DNA of 64,000 bases from an uncultured bacterium (GCA_964483805.1 CAZADH010000002.1:1163-65162); one strand, 5' to 3'; positions 18,672 to 29,525 are shown, numbered from the stretch's first letter. Made by a program: numbers and translations. The notes: generated by a model not told the origin, from the sequence alone.

Positions 18672-20573
18672 TTATTGCAGCCACGGGCCATCATTGCCGA
18701 TCTTGCCCGGGCCGTCGAGAACCCAGGCGCCAATTGAATTCGCCCTCACCGTGAAGGTCAGTCGTAACGACGCTGTGGCCACCGTCTGGGTGGCCCCGGT
18801 GACGGCATCGACGTAGTTGCCGCTGCGCACATTGGTCACGGTCATGGTCTGATCGGCGCCGACACCGAGCCCCACCACCACATAGCTGTCGGAGATGTTC
18901 TCCGGCGTGCGCATCTGACGCACGAACGACATGCCGTTCGACCAGACGCGCCCGTTGACCAGTTGGCCGCGTTGCAGGGCCGGCACAGCCCGGCGGATCT
19001 GATTGAGCCGTTGGATATGGCGATACAACGGGTGGCTCTGCGTGGTCGGCAGCGACGCGGGCGTCAGATTGCCCCCGAAGTAGGCGCGCCCCGTGACCGC
19101 CAATACTTCGGCACCGGTGCCGATCGTTACCGGCGCCCCTTTCATGAAGGCGATCTCTTCGCCCTGGAACAGGCACGGGATGCCGCGCACCGTCCACATC
19201 AGGTTGTAGGCCAGCGCGGCGTTGGCGTCGGGGCCGTTGAAGCGATGAAATACATCGTATGTCGGTCCGACGCGGGCATTCTGAAAGAAGGTGATCAGCG
19301 TGGTCGGGTTGCCGTAGATCCAGTCGGCGCTCAGAATCGGGGCCAACCCGGTGAACGTGGCCACGGCGAGCGTGTCGCGCAACCCGACGAACAGCGGATA
19401 ATCGAAGACCGCCATGCGTGAATCCGGGCCCGAGTCGGGCTCGGCCGGGTCGGCGGCGACGCGGGTGTAATACCACGGCCGCACCCGGGCCAACGACTGC
19501 GGACTGCCCGCATCCCCCCACCCGGAGCCCAGATTGGCGACCTCGGCACAGAAGAACAGGTGCGGCGAATCACCGCGCCAATCATCGACCATGCGATGCA
19601 GATCGGTGCGATCGACATGGCGGGCGTGTTCGACGCAGATCCCGTCGACACCCCAGTGTGCATAGGTCCGCACCGCTTCACGGAAGTAGGCCCGCACCGT
19701 CATGTTCTCGGTGGCCAGATCGATCGAGTCGGCATCCTGGTGTTTACCTTGTATTGCATCGGGGTCGCTCCAGTCGGCGTCGGTCATCCAACCGTTGCGG
19801 TGATACCAGTTGCGGTCGAGATCGGCCTCGTCGGTGCCGAAGAACCGATCGGCGCGATAATCCATTTTCGGTACGGTGGTGCCGGTCTTGGGGTCGAGCA
19901 GCGGTTCGCCGCCGAAGGGGTCGCGCCGCACCCGTTCCCAGAACCAGTCGGGCGCCTTCGGGTTGTCGTTGTCGTCACGAAACGCCGATTTGTAGTTGCC
20001 GAGCACGATCTCGTACGGCCACGGCACGACCATCGCTTTCGCCCGGTAGTACTTGTGCGGCAGGCGGTTGATCCAGAACTGGTGCCGGATCCCGTAGTTG
20101 CTGGTGTGATTGACCACCACCGACTGGATCACCTTCATGCCCCGCTCATGGGCCGCGCGGATGAAATCGAGGTAGGTGCCACCCAGCGACTCGAGCCGCG
20201 GATCGACCTTCAGCCAGTCGTAGCCGAAGGTACCGTGGTAATCGAGCGCACCGCGGTTCTCGATGGGTGGCGAGATGAGAATCGCCGAGAACCCCAGGTC
20301 GCGAACGTAGTCGAGCGCCGCGATCAGCCCGGCGAAATCGCCCCGCCAATGAGGATCTCCGCGATCGATGCGTTCGCGCCCGTAAAAATTGTTCGTGGCG
20401 TCGCCGTCGTTGAAGCGCGTCAGCAATACGCGGTAAATCGTCTCACCGCGGAAGTCAGGGTCGACGGGAATCTCGGCCGCCGCAACAAACGCGTTGCCCC
20501 ATGCCGCCGCGAGAACGACCGAGAGCAATAGCGCCCGGATGGCACGCAGACACGCAGCCCGGCAGTTCGTCAT
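18672..20573 (-). CDS. alpha-amylase family glycoside hydrolase (GH13), secreted
   Basis: GH13 regions (FGYDWLKVDP, GMKVIQSVVVNHTS, catalytic-region context). Signal peptide MTNCRAACLRAIRALLLSVVLAAAWG. Start taken at ATG 20573 with AAAGGA SD 7 nt upstream. Confidence 0.85.
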   Translation of the reverse strand: MTNCRAACLRAIRALLLSVVLAAAWGNAFVAAAEIPVDPDFRGETIYRVLLTRFNDGDATNNFYGRERIDRGDPHWRGDFAGLIAALDYVRDLGFSAILISPPIENRGALDYHGTFGYDWLKVDPRLESLGGTYLDFIRAAHERGMKVIQSVVVNHTSNYGIRHQFWINRLPHKYYRAKAMVVPWPYEIVLGNYKSAFRDDNDNPKAPDWFWERVRRDPFGGEPLLDPKTGTTVPKMDYRADRFFGTDEADLDRNWYHRNGWMTDADWSDPDAIQGKHQDADSIDLATENMTVRAYFREAVRTYAHWGVDGICVEHARHVDRTDLHRMVDDWRGDSPHLFFCAEVANLGSGWGDAGSPQSLARVRPWYYTRVAADPAEPDSGPDSRMAVFDYPLFVGLRDTLAVATFTGLAPILSADWIYGNPTTLITFFQNARVGPTYDVFHRFNGPDANAALAYNLMWTVRGIPCLFQGEEIAFMKGAPVTIGTGAEVLAVTGRAYFGGNLTPASLPTTQSHPLYRHIQRLNQIRRAVPALQRGQLVNGRVWSNGMSFVRQMRTPENISDSYVVVGLGVGADQTMTVTNVRSGNYVDAVTGATQTVATASLRLTFTVRANSIGAWVLDGPGKIGNDGPWLQ

Positions 20574-20720
20574 CGTCACGTCCTTTCGCCGCCAATGGGC
20601 AACCCCGCGGGTCGAACCGGCCCGCAAGGCAGAAATATGTACGGGCAGATGACAAAACGCCAGGAAAAACGTCAACCGACACGACGAATGGAGTCGAACG
20701 ACGCCGCGATCGTCGGGGGT

Positions 20721-21554
20721 TTACCGACCCCAGCGCGGGGTTCTGGGCGGGGCCTTCTTGGCCGGCGGTTTCGGGGGCTCCGCTGGTTCGCTCGCCCGAT
20801 TCCAGCGTTCGAGGATCAAACGACGCGCCAACGTGATGTACTCACGCTCGTGGCTGAACACCTCGAGGGTGATCGTGCCGTCATAGACCGATTTCAATTC
20901 CGGGATGAGCCGGTTCCAGTCGATCTTGCCGGCGCCGGGCGGCAGGTGCAGATCGGACCGCCCATCGTTGTCGTGCAGATGCACGTGCTCGAGCCGGTCG
21001 GCGAACGCTTTGGCGAAATCTCCGGGCCAACGCCCATTGAGGTTGAAGTGACCGATATCGAGATGAAATCCCATTTCGGGATTCAGGCGCAGGATCCGGG
21101 TCAGGTTTTCGACACTCTCCTGATGCATGCCCACCGGCTCGTAAATGATGCCGATGCCCAGGTTGCTGGCCAGACCGATGATGTGGCGGAGCGACTCGGT
21201 TTGAAAGGCGATGCCCTCTTCGTCGGTGAACAGTGACGGCGGCCAGTGCGCATGGATCGTCACCTTCTTGCACTCGATCGCCGCGAATACCTCGAGGTAG
21301 CGCTGGGCCACCTGAACCGCGGCACTGCGCAACTGTTCGAGAGGCGATCCGATCGGCAGATACCAGGCGGTGTGCCCGACCACTCCCAGCTTGCGCTCGG
21401 CCAGCAGAGCCTTGATGGCCGCCGCATCAACGATGCACAGATCGCCGCGATCGGGTTCGAGAAACAGGTCGACAAAATCGAAGCCCTGATCGGCGATCCA
21501 GCGGATTTCGTCGAGAACGTCACGACGCGGGTGTGTGGGATATCCGAGCTTCAT
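20721..21554 (-). CDS. sugar phosphate isomerase/epimerase (xylose isomerase-like TIM barrel)
   Basis: HLHDNDG, ITLEVFSHE and other TIM-barrel AP-endonuclease-2-family motifs. Start taken at ATG 21554 (MKLGYPTHP). Confidence 0.7.
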   Translation of the reverse strand: MKLGYPTHPRRDVLDEIRWIADQGFDFVDLFLEPDRGDLCIVDAAAIKALLAERKLGVVGHTAWYLPIGSPLEQLRSAAVQVAQRYLEVFAAIECKKVTIHAHWPPSLFTDEEGIAFQTESLRHIIGLASNLGIGIIYEPVGMHQESVENLTRILRLNPEMGFHLDIGHFNLNGRWPGDFAKAFADRLEHVHLHDNDGRSDLHLPPGAGKIDWNRLIPELKSVYDGTITLEVFSHEREYITLARRLILERWNRASEPAEPPKPPAKKAPPRTPRWGR

Positions 21555-21696
21555 CGATGTTGCCCCCCTGCAAACGACGGTTCGAAGTGGGGCGTTTGCC
21601 ACCACGCAACGCGGACGAGCCGCTTCACCCCGTGCGATTCTACCGCGACCGATTGCCGCCGTCTATCGAGAACGGTTATGATCTCGATCGTCGGCC

Positions 21697-22632
21697 ATGT
21701 CCACGCGCATCCTGCACATCAGTGACCTGCATTTTCTGCCATCCCCGGCCGACCTGACCGGGGCCGACCTGTTGTGGTCGAAACGCTGGATCGGCGGTCT
21801 CAACATGGTGCTGCGCCGGTTCGGTGCATTTCGCGAAGCACCAAGCAAGGTCGCTACCCTGGCGGGTTTCATCGCCGACCACCGCATCGACTTCGTTGCC
21901 TGCTCGGGCGACCTCACCTGCCTGGGCACCCGGGGCGAATTGCAGAGCGCACGCAAAACCCTGGGGCCGGTGGTCGATGCCGTCGGGGCCCCGCGTTTTG
22001 TTGTCGTTCCTGGCAACCACGACCTCTACGTCGGGTCCGCGGCCATGCAAGACTTTGTATTGACGTTTTCCGAGCTGATGCACACCGACCGCCCCGATCT
22101 GGCGGCCCCGGGCAGTCACTGGCCGGTGGTGAAGAAGATCGGCAGCGATGCTGCCGTGGTCGCCGTGTGCAGTGCCGAGCCACACCGGGCGTTCTGGCGG
22201 GCCGACGGCACGGTGCCGCCGAGCGACATCGAGGCGGTGCGACGCACCTTGGCCGACCCACAACTGCGCGACCGCACCGTCGTGTTGCTGGTGCACCATG
22301 CGCCGGTGGCACCGGCGTGGTATCTGAACATCGGCGTCTCGACGCACGGGCTCGCCAATGGGGCCGACCTGGTGGCGGCAACCCGGGTCCCGGGGCGATC
22401 GCGGCCGGTTGTGGTCGCGCATGGGCATATCCATCGGCGCAGCGTGGTCACGGCGACCAGCGATCATCCCGCGGTATTCTGCTGCGGCAGCACGACCTAC
22501 GCCGGGCGCGAAGGACTGTGGGTCTACGAGATTGCCGACGCCACCGCCCGCGCCATCCCCGGGCATTGGGCCGGCACCCGGTACGAACTCGACGAAGCGT
22601 CGGCCGTCACCATCGCCTCCCCCGTTAAATAA
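21697..22632 (+). CDS. calcineurin-like metallophosphoesterase
   Basis: ILHISDLH, GDLT, VVPGNHD, LVHHAP and GHIH motifs. Confidence 0.8.
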   Translation: MSTRILHISDLHFLPSPADLTGADLLWSKRWIGGLNMVLRRFGAFREAPSKVATLAGFIADHRIDFVACSGDLTCLGTRGELQSARKTLGPVVDAVGAPRFVVVPGNHDLYVGSAAMQDFVLTFSELMHTDRPDLAAPGSHWPVVKKIGSDAAVVAVCSAEPHRAFWRADGTVPPSDIEAVRRTLADPQLRDRTVVLLVHHAPVAPAWYLNIGVSTHGLANGADLVAATRVPGRSRPVVVAHGHIHRRSVVTATSDHPAVFCCGSTTYAGREGLWVYEIADATARAIPGHWAGTRYELDEASAVTIASPVK

Positions 22633-22637
22633 AAAGA

Positions 22638-22663
22638 GGCCTGTCCACGAATAGGGACCGGCC
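22638..22663 (-). terminator. imperfect hairpin followed on the minus strand by CTCTTTTTATTT; weak intrinsic terminator candidate
   Basis: Stem GGCC-GTCC / GGAC-GGCC (one mismatch) with loop acgaatag. A T-tract follows only in the minus orientation. Confidence 0.25.
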
Positions 22664-22688
22664 TGAAACATAAGGAGGCAAACAAATC

Positions 22689-22712
22689 CATGAACCTTTT
22701 CGGCAGCGAATG
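22689..22712 (+). CDS. mini-ORF MNLFGSE with perfect SD (AAGGAGG, 10 nt spacer) in a convergent intergenic region
   Basis: AAGGAGG at 22672-22678. ATG 22689 ... TGA 22710-22712. No downstream + strand gene. Confidence 0.2.
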
Positions 22713-22888
22713 ATGTTTCGTGAATGATTTCGCGCGCGACAACGACAAACATCGCCGCACACCGACGCACACCGGCAAAACCGGTACAGACGCAGCGGGC
22801 GACGACGGATGTAAACTTTTTTTTGAAAGTTGCTGTTGCCCGCCATCGACGTGGCGGAAACGCCGTCTCGGGCCGGGAAAATGCTCAG

Positions 22889-23790
22889 TCAGCGCAGCCC
22901 GCGCAGGAAGTTGTTCACATTGCCCACGGCACGGTTGACGTCGCTGGCGGTCAGTTTTCGCTTCTTCTCGGGTTTGGGGGCAACAACGGGCTTAGCCGGC
23001 GGTTCGGCGGCGGTTTCGCCGGGAGCAGCCGCGACCGTCGTGGTTTCGTTGGCCGGTGCCAGACTGGTGATCGTCAATGATTTCGCTTCGCCATTTTTGA
23101 TCAGGTAACCCTTGACGCAGACCTTCTGCCCGACGCTCTTGCGCAGCTCGAGCGTCCGCCCCTGCAAAGGCACGACCTGACCTTTGTCGGTCACCAACAT
23201 GAACTTCTCGACGCCCTTGGCATCACGGTCACACGCAACCTGACCGACCCGACCCACGTGCACGGGTTTGCCCGCCGCCAGTGCCGCATCTTCTTCTTCG
23301 GGGGTCGGACCTTCGGGTTGCGCCGGTTCGATCGGCGTCGCGGAGCCGCTGGCCACGGCATTCTTGTCGGACTTCTTGTTCTTGCCGTTCAGAGTATCGG
23401 CCAGCTTCTTCTTGGCGGCTTTGATCGCCGCATCTTTCGCCATGCCGGTCAGCTTGCCGAGCAGCTTGTTCTGAAGCGAGCCCTTCTGGTCGTCTTTGTG
23501 CTCATCGGCGGCGGGAGCCGCGGCATTGCCACCGTCGGCGGCCGCGTCGACCGAACCCTTTGCCTCGTCACCATCGACGGCATGCCCCTTGTCGGTCAGC
23601 GATGACACGGTGCCTTTGGTGTCGTCGTCGCTCACGGGGGCAGGCTTCGTTTTGCCGGACCGCGACAGAGAATTGACCACACTCTTACTGTCGCCGAGAA
23701 GATTGCCGAACCCGGCCGCAACCACGACAGGAGAAACAAGCAGCGCCGCGCCGACAACCGCCGGCACAACGATGGCGAACGACTTGCGCA
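22889..23790 (-). CDS. secreted low-complexity (Ala/Lys/Asp-rich) protein
   Basis: Start reassigned to GTG 23790 (VRKSFAIVVPAVVGAALLVSPVVVAAG signal peptide) with GGAGG SD 7 nt upstream. The track start at 23869 lies in an AT-rich leader. Confidence 0.5.
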
Positions 23791-23981
23791 CGAGGAGACC
23801 TCCGACCGAGAATGAAATACATCGTATTGCCTCATCAAGGCAACCGCGGGAAAACGCAATGAGACGCACTCGAGGTCTCAGACAATATCACAACCGGGGG
23901 CACGGTACAAGACCGGCGCACCGCATGCGGCGGGTCCGGCGGGCTGGGCGCCCTGTACTGTTGTGGTGTCTGCGACCGGCC

Positions 23982-25055
23982 TCAAACCTGCAGGCTGAGC
24001 ATGCGCTCCATGGCTGTTCGCGCGGGGTCACGCACATCGGGCGGCACCCGGACCACGTTGACGTTGGGCCACTGGTCGAGCACATAGAGAATGTCATTGA
24101 TTGTATTGCGGTGCATGTTCGGGCAGGGCGACGGGGCCAGCGGCAGCACCATCTTCAGCGATGACTGCTTGGCCAGACGATTGACGAGGTTGACCTCGGT
24201 GCCGACGAAGATCGTCGCACCTGGCGGGGCCTTGTTGACGTAATCGACGATCGTGCGGGTCGAGCCGTGGGCATCGGCGAGCTCGAGCACCTCGCGCGGG
24301 GTCTCGGAGTGCACGATCACGACGCAATACGGGAACAGCGCGCGCGCTTCGAACACCATTTCGGGCTTGAAGCGGGTGTGCACGTGGCAGTTGCCCTTCC
24401 AGAGGATGACCTGCGCATCACGCACGGCCTTGACCGTAAGCCCGCCGAGGCCGACATGGGGATCCCAGACGACGATCTTGTCTTCAGGAATGCCGCGATC
24501 GATGGCGGTGTTGCGACCGAGGTGCTGGTCAGGGAAGAAGAACAGCTTGGATCGACGCTCGAGGGCCCAATCGACAGCGGCCCGCGCGCTCGACGAGGTG
24601 CAGATGATGCCGCCATGACGCCCACAGAAGGCTTTCACCGTGGCGTGCGAGTTGATGTAGGTCACCGGCATCAGGTCTTTCTCGACATCGATGATACTGG
24701 CCAGTTGTCGCCACGCGGCCTCGACCTCGTCGATCGGAGCCATGTCGGCCATCGGACAACCCGCGTCACCGTGCGGCAAGACCACAGTCTGGTCGTCGCG
24801 GGTCATGATGTCGGCGGCCTCGGCCATGAAGTGCACGCCGGCAAAGATGATGCGGGTGGCCTTCGCGGCCGCTGCAAAACGCGACAACTCGAACGAGTCG
24901 CCCGATTTGTCGGCCAGCGCCATCACCGCATCGGATTGATAGTGATGCGCCAGGATGAGCAGGTCGTCACCGAGCTTCTCACGGTGTTTCTGAATACGCA
25001 GGAGCACTTCCTTCGCCGGCAGTGAGAAATACTCGTGAGGCAGGTAATAACGCAT
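23982..25055 (-). CDS. nadA: quinolinate synthase NadA
   Basis: MRYYLPHEYF... with Fe-S ligand contexts GCPMADMA, CHVHTRF and CPNMHRNT. AAGGAG SD 8 nt before ATG 25055. Confidence 0.9.
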   Translation of the reverse strand: MRYYLPHEYFSLPAKEVLLRIQKHREKLGDDLLILAHHYQSDAVMALADKSGDSFELSRFAAAAKATRIIFAGVHFMAEAADIMTRDDQTVVLPHGDAGCPMADMAPIDEVEAAWRQLASIIDVEKDLMPVTYINSHATVKAFCGRHGGIICTSSSARAAVDWALERRSKLFFFPDQHLGRNTAIDRGIPEDKIVVWDPHVGLGGLTVKAVRDAQVILWKGNCHVHTRFKPEMVFEARALFPYCVVIVHSETPREVLELADAHGSTRTIVDYVNKAPPGATIFVGTEVNLVNRLAKQSSLKMVLPLAPSPCPNMHRNTINDILYVLDQWPNVNVVRVPPDVRDPARTAMERMLSLQV

Positions 25056-25272
25056 GTTTGGCTCTCCTTGCGGGCGCACCCTGCGCCCCATCCTCGCGTC
25101 TGGGGGCGTGTCTCCGCACTTCAGGGGTCGTCCCCCCAACCCCGATTATACGACGGCGCGCCGTGCCGAGCGAACAGAACCCACAGACCCTTCTCCGATC
25201 GGCACCCCACACCGCACTTTCGCGGTGCTCCGTTGCCCACCCATGCCCAACGAACGCAGGGTAACCGGGCCG

Positions 25273-27207
25273 TCACTTCGTCTCGGCAGCCCGCCCCTGT
25301 TCGCGCACCAGTTCCTGGTAGATCGCACACGAACGCAACAACTCCTGATGCGTACCGGTGGCCGCCAGGCGACCGTCGGCCAGTACGAGGATGCGGTCGG
25401 CATTCTGGGCCGACGACAGGCGGTGTGTGGCGATCAGACAGGTGATATTGCTGCCGTATTTACTGAGGTCCTGCCACAAGCGCTGCTCGTTGGCTGCATC
25501 GAGCGCCGAGGTGACGTCGTCCATGAGCAGCAACTCGGGCTCGCCCACCAGCGCCCGGGCGATCGACAGACGTTGTCGCTGCCCCCCCGACAGGGTGATG
25601 CCACGCTGCCCGACCTTCTCGTCGTATTTCTTCGGCAGCGCCTCGATCTCGGCGGCGAACTGGGCCGTGCGCGCGCAGGCTTCGAGCCGCTCACGCGGGG
25701 CACCGCGGTAGAAATCGATGTTGACCGCGACGGTCTCAGAAAAGACGACCGGTTCCTGTTGGATGTAACCGATGCGTTTGCGCACTTCGGTGGGGTCCAG
25801 TGCGCCGAGCGGTCGACCGTTGACGGCGATCTCACCCGAAGACGGCTGCAGAACACCGGCGACGAGATTGAGCAGGGTCGTCTTGCCCGACCCGATCTTG
25901 CCGACGATGGCGACCTTCTCGCCGCGCCGCATCGAGAAACTGATGCCCGACATGGCAAACGGTTTCGGCGGTTCAGGAACCGCGGTGCAACCGACCAGGG
26001 GGCCGACGGTCGCGGGCGATTGGCCGGAAGAGGGCAGCGCACCGCTCGGTCCCGGCGCCTGACCGGTCTTATCGGCCGCCACTTTGGCCTTCGGAAAGAC
26101 AAACGCCAGATCGCGGCAGTCGACGGTTTCGAGCGCGGCAATCTTCTCGGTACCCGCCGGCGGCCGCGCCGACGCCGGGTCGACCTCGACCATTTCTTCG
26201 AGACGATCGATCGCCACGCAGGACTGCGCGAGATTGACGAGCAGCACCGGAATATCGACCAGCGGCCCGACGATCATGCCCAGATAGGTGAAGAAGGCGT
26301 AATACACGCCGATCGAGATCTCGCCGCGAATGACCATGATGCCGCCAAAGAGCAATACAAGAAGTTGCCCCAGATAGTTGATGAACTCGAAATAGACCGA
26401 GAACAGGCCCTCGACCATGACCATGTCGATCTCGAGCCCGATGCGCTTCTGCATCAGTTTCTCGAACAGGCCGATCTGGGGCTTTTCGGCATTGAACGAC
26501 TTGACGATCTTGATGCCCGACCACGCCGACTCGAGGAAGTCATTGGTCTGCGACACGCCCTTCTGCAGGTCGCGATAGCGCGATTCGACGGTCTTCTCGA
26601 GCTTCATGAACAGCAACAACATGGCCGGCAACGGCAGGATGGCGATGATCGTCAGTTTCACGTTGAGCAGCAGCATCGACAGCAGGCAGAAGAAGATGAT
26701 GCAACTCGAGTTGAGCGCACGGAAGATGCCCGAGCAGCAGACCCACGACAGGCCGGGCGGAAAATTCTTTACGTCCTCGGTCAGACGCGTGACCAGGTCG
26801 CCGGTGCGAAAGTGCAGGAAGAACCGGTGGCTCTTGGTCAGAATCTCGCCGAAGAACTTCTCGCGGAACGACATCTCGAACAGCAGGTTGAGCCGGCCGC
26901 GCAGAAACGGATACAACCCGGTGAAGATGCCCGCGACACCGAGGGCCAGCAACGCGAGCAGCAGGCGGTTGCGTTCGGCGAACACCACCTCGAGCGACAG
27001 TTTGCCGTCGTTGAACAGCTTGAGATTGCCGACCAGCGCGTCGATGATCTGCCGAAACAGCAGCGGGAACGACACCGACACCACCACCGACAACACGGTG
27101 AGCAGGATGAGCAGGCCGATCATCGGCAGGCGTTCGCGGTATTGCCCAAACACCCACTTCAGGTAATACCACCTGTTATGACGGAGTTCTTCGGTCTTTT
27201 CGCTCAT
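25273..27207 (-). CDS. ABC exporter, fused permease/ATP-binding subunit
   Basis: Six-TM exporter domain plus Walker A GSGKTT, LSGGQRQRLSIARAL and Walker B LLLMDDVTSALD. A low-complexity insertion lies in the NBD. Confidence 0.85.
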   Translation of the reverse strand: MSEKTEELRHNRWYYLKWVFGQYRERLPMIGLLILLTVLSVVVSVSFPLLFRQIIDALVGNLKLFNDGKLSLEVVFAERNRLLLALLALGVAGIFTGLYPFLRGRLNLLFEMSFREKFFGEILTKSHRFFLHFRTGDLVTRLTEDVKNFPPGLSWVCCSGIFRALNSSCIIFFCLLSMLLLNVKLTIIAILPLPAMLLLFMKLEKTVESRYRDLQKGVSQTNDFLESAWSGIKIVKSFNAEKPQIGLFEKLMQKRIGLEIDMVMVEGLFSVYFEFINYLGQLLVLLFGGIMVIRGEISIGVYYAFFTYLGMIVGPLVDIPVLLVNLAQSCVAIDRLEEMVEVDPASARPPAGTEKIAALETVDCRDLAFVFPKAKVAADKTGQAPGPSGALPSSGQSPATVGPLVGCTAVPEPPKPFAMSGISFSMRRGEKVAIVGKIGSGKTTLLNLVAGVLQPSSGEIAVNGRPLGALDPTEVRKRIGYIQQEPVVFSETVAVNIDFYRGAPRERLEACARTAQFAAEIEALPKKYDEKVGQRGITLSGGQRQRLSIARALVGEPELLLMDDVTSALDAANEQRLWQDLSKYGSNITCLIATHRLSSAQNADRILVLADGRLAATGTHQELLRSCAIYQELVREQGRAAETK

Positions 27208-29057
27208 TACCGCGACCCCGTCGGCGCAACACCGGCCCCAAGAACCGCCGAGACATCGGCCGCCGCCCGTTCTTCACTGATCGCCTGGATGGCCGACAAC
27301 TTCTGATAGACACCCTCGGGCCGATCGATCAACTCGGCGTGCGTGCCCGACTCGACGATGCGCCCGTCGGCAAAAACCAGGATCAGATCGGCGTTGCGGA
27401 TCGTCGACAACCGATGGGCGATGATGATCGCGGTGCGACCGCGCATCAGCAACTGCATCGACTGCTGCAGCGCCCGTTCGGTGATGACATCGACCGCCGA
27501 CGTGGCCTCGTCGAGAATGAGCAGATCGGGATTGCGCACCATCGCCCGCGTGTACGACAACAACTGCCGCTCGCCCTGCGACAGATTGGCGCCGCGCTCG
27601 GCCAGTTCGGTCTGGTAACCCTGCGGCCGCGCCATGATGAACTCGTGCGCGCCGATCGCCTCCGCCGCGGCGATCACGGTGGCATCGCTGATTTCCGGCG
27701 AGAAGGCCTTGAGGTTGTCCATGATCGTGCCGGGAAACAGATAGACCTCTTGCAATACAAGAGCAAGACGACTGCGCCAGTCTTCGAGGCGATAACTGCG
27801 GATATCCTCGCCATCGAGGCGCACAGCGCCGCTGGTCGGGTCATAAAAACGCAGCAACAGGTTGACGCAGGTGGTCTTGCCCGACCCGGACGCACCGACG
27901 ATCGCCACGTGCTGACCACGCTTCGCGGCAAAACTCACATCATGTAATACAACGTCTTTATTGTATGAAAAGCTGACATTGTCGAAGGTCAACTCTCTCT
28001 GCAATCGGGGCTCGCGGGCTTCGGCGACGCTGTCGATCACGTCGGTGGGAGTGTCGAGAATCTCGAAAATGCGCCCCGATGCCGCCAGACTGGTCTGGAT
28101 CTGGGCGATGACCATCATCAACTCGCGGATCGGCCCGAAGAACTGGCGCAACAACTCGATGAACATGACCAGCGTGCCCACGCTCATTTTGCCGGCGGCG
28201 ATCTGGTTGCTGCCGTACCAGAAAACGCCAATGACCACCAGTGTTTCAGTGATGAAGTTGAACGTCGGCCAGAAGAGCACGTAGTCGATGATCATCGTCT
28301 TGCGTTCGAACGCATACTTGGCGCGGTTGTATTCAACCAGCCGGTCGCGCACCGCCGCCTCGCGGTTGTAGAGCTGGATCAACGGCACACCCTGGATGTA
28401 TTCGGCGATGTAACCCGTGATCTCGCTGTTCTTCTCGCGGATCTGCCGGTACAGGCCGCGGATGTAGCCCATGTAGTAATAGAGCGCCACGCTGGCCGGC
28501 GGCACCGCAAAGGCCACCCAGATGCCGAACCAGGGCTGTTCGTAGACGACGATACCCACGACCCCGAAGAGCATGATCAGGCTCGAGAAGACCTGGGCCG
28601 TCGAGTTGGTGAACAGCGCCTTGAGCTGATCGACGTCAGACTCGGATCGCGTCAGCAACGTGCCAACCTTGTGCCGGTCGAAGAAACGCATGCCGTGCCG
28701 CACGATGTGGGTGAACAGTTCGGTCTTGATGCCGGCAATGATGCGGGCTCCCATGCGCGCGAGGACCAACACCTGCCCGTACCGCACCGCCGCGCCGATC
28801 GCCAGGCAGCCGACGAACAGCAACGCCGCGCGGATCGCATAACCCATGTCGGACTGGGGAATCGCCACATCGATGATCGCCCGCAGAATGAGCGGCCGCG
28901 ACAGGTGCACGGCGGTAACGATGATGACGGCCAGCGCTGCCGCCGCCAACGACGCGGTGTGCGGACGAAAATACGGCAACAACCGCCGCAGCAGTGACCC
29001 GGTCGGGGGACGGGTGGTGGTGCCGTTGTTTTCGTCGGCGCTCATCAGGTGCGACAT
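27207..29057 (-). CDS. ABC exporter, fused permease/ATP-binding subunit (heterodimer partner)
   Basis: GASGSGKTT and LSQGERQLLSYTRAM (degenerate signature, typical of asymmetric heterodimeric exporters). 1-nt overlap with the downstream ABC gene. Confidence 0.85.
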   Translation of the reverse strand: MSHLMSADENNGTTTRPPTGSLLRRLLPYFRPHTASLAAAALAVIIVTAVHLSRPLILRAIIDVAIPQSDMGYAIRAALLFVGCLAIGAAVRYGQVLVLARMGARIIAGIKTELFTHIVRHGMRFFDRHKVGTLLTRSESDVDQLKALFTNSTAQVFSSLIMLFGVVGIVVYEQPWFGIWVAFAVPPASVALYYYMGYIRGLYRQIREKNSEITGYIAEYIQGVPLIQLYNREAAVRDRLVEYNRAKYAFERKTMIIDYVLFWPTFNFITETLVVIGVFWYGSNQIAAGKMSVGTLVMFIELLRQFFGPIRELMMVIAQIQTSLAASGRIFEILDTPTDVIDSVAEAREPRLQRELTFDNVSFSYNKDVVLHDVSFAAKRGQHVAIVGASGSGKTTCVNLLLRFYDPTSGAVRLDGEDIRSYRLEDWRSRLALVLQEVYLFPGTIMDNLKAFSPEISDATVIAAAEAIGAHEFIMARPQGYQTELAERGANLSQGERQLLSYTRAMVRNPDLLILDEATSAVDVITERALQQSMQLLMRGRTAIIIAHRLSTIRNADLILVFADGRIVESGTHAELIDRPEGVYQKLSAIQAISEERAAADVSAVLGAGVAPTGSR

Positions 29058-29138
29058 GGTGCGAGCATCATATCACCGGAATGGCGCCGGCGAAACGAAC
29101 ACGAGAGCGTGCGGCCAACCCAATGCCGCAGGAATGGC

Positions 29139-29513
29139 TCACCCTTCGGAGCCGCGGTCCTCCCAGGGTTGGCGGACAGCGCACACGGCCCCGCTCACGT
29201 CGGTGGTGAGATCGGCCAATCCGGCCAGACCAACGAGTTTGAACACCCGGGTCTTGGTGGGATCGAGGCCGCAGAACGCCATGCGCCCGCGAAAATCGTG
29301 GTGAACGCGCAAAGCCAGCGAGACCAGGCCGGTCACGCCTGGCGAGTTGATCACCTTGCAGCCGGCCAGATCGATGACGACGCCAGTCTTGCCCTGAGCG
29401 AAAAACTGCTCGACCTCGCGCGCCACATCGGCATGCGCCAGGTCGTCGTAATACCCGCTGACCAACAGGACCGGCGTGCCGCCCATGTCCTGCACCTGCA
29501 GGTTGAAAGCCAT
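29139..29513 (-). CDS. STAS domain protein (anti-sigma factor antagonist, SpoIIAA-like)
   Basis: VIDLAGCKVINSPGVTGL with a conserved phosphorylatable Ser context. GGGAG SD 8 nt before ATG 29513. Confidence 0.8.
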   Translation of the reverse strand: MAFNLQVQDMGGTPVLLVSGYYDDLAHADVAREVEQFFAQGKTGVVIDLAGCKVINSPGVTGLVSLALRVHHDFRGRMAFCGLDPTKTRVFKLVGLAGLADLTTDVSGAVCAVRQPWEDRGSEG

Positions 29514-29525
29514 CGGTCTCGCTCC

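Noticed and set aside
22720-22938. 72-aa Cys-rich ORF (CCCPPSTW)
   Set aside because: Overlaps the 3' end of the minus-strand secreted-protein gene and has no RBS. Likely spurious, although the region may be transcribed as a small RNA.
25145-25150. Perfect TATAAT (minus strand) upstream of nadA as a promoter -10
   Set aside because: No convincing -35 at a 16-19 nt spacing (TTCGCT at best). About two perfect TATAAT are expected by chance in the window. Left as unconfirmed.
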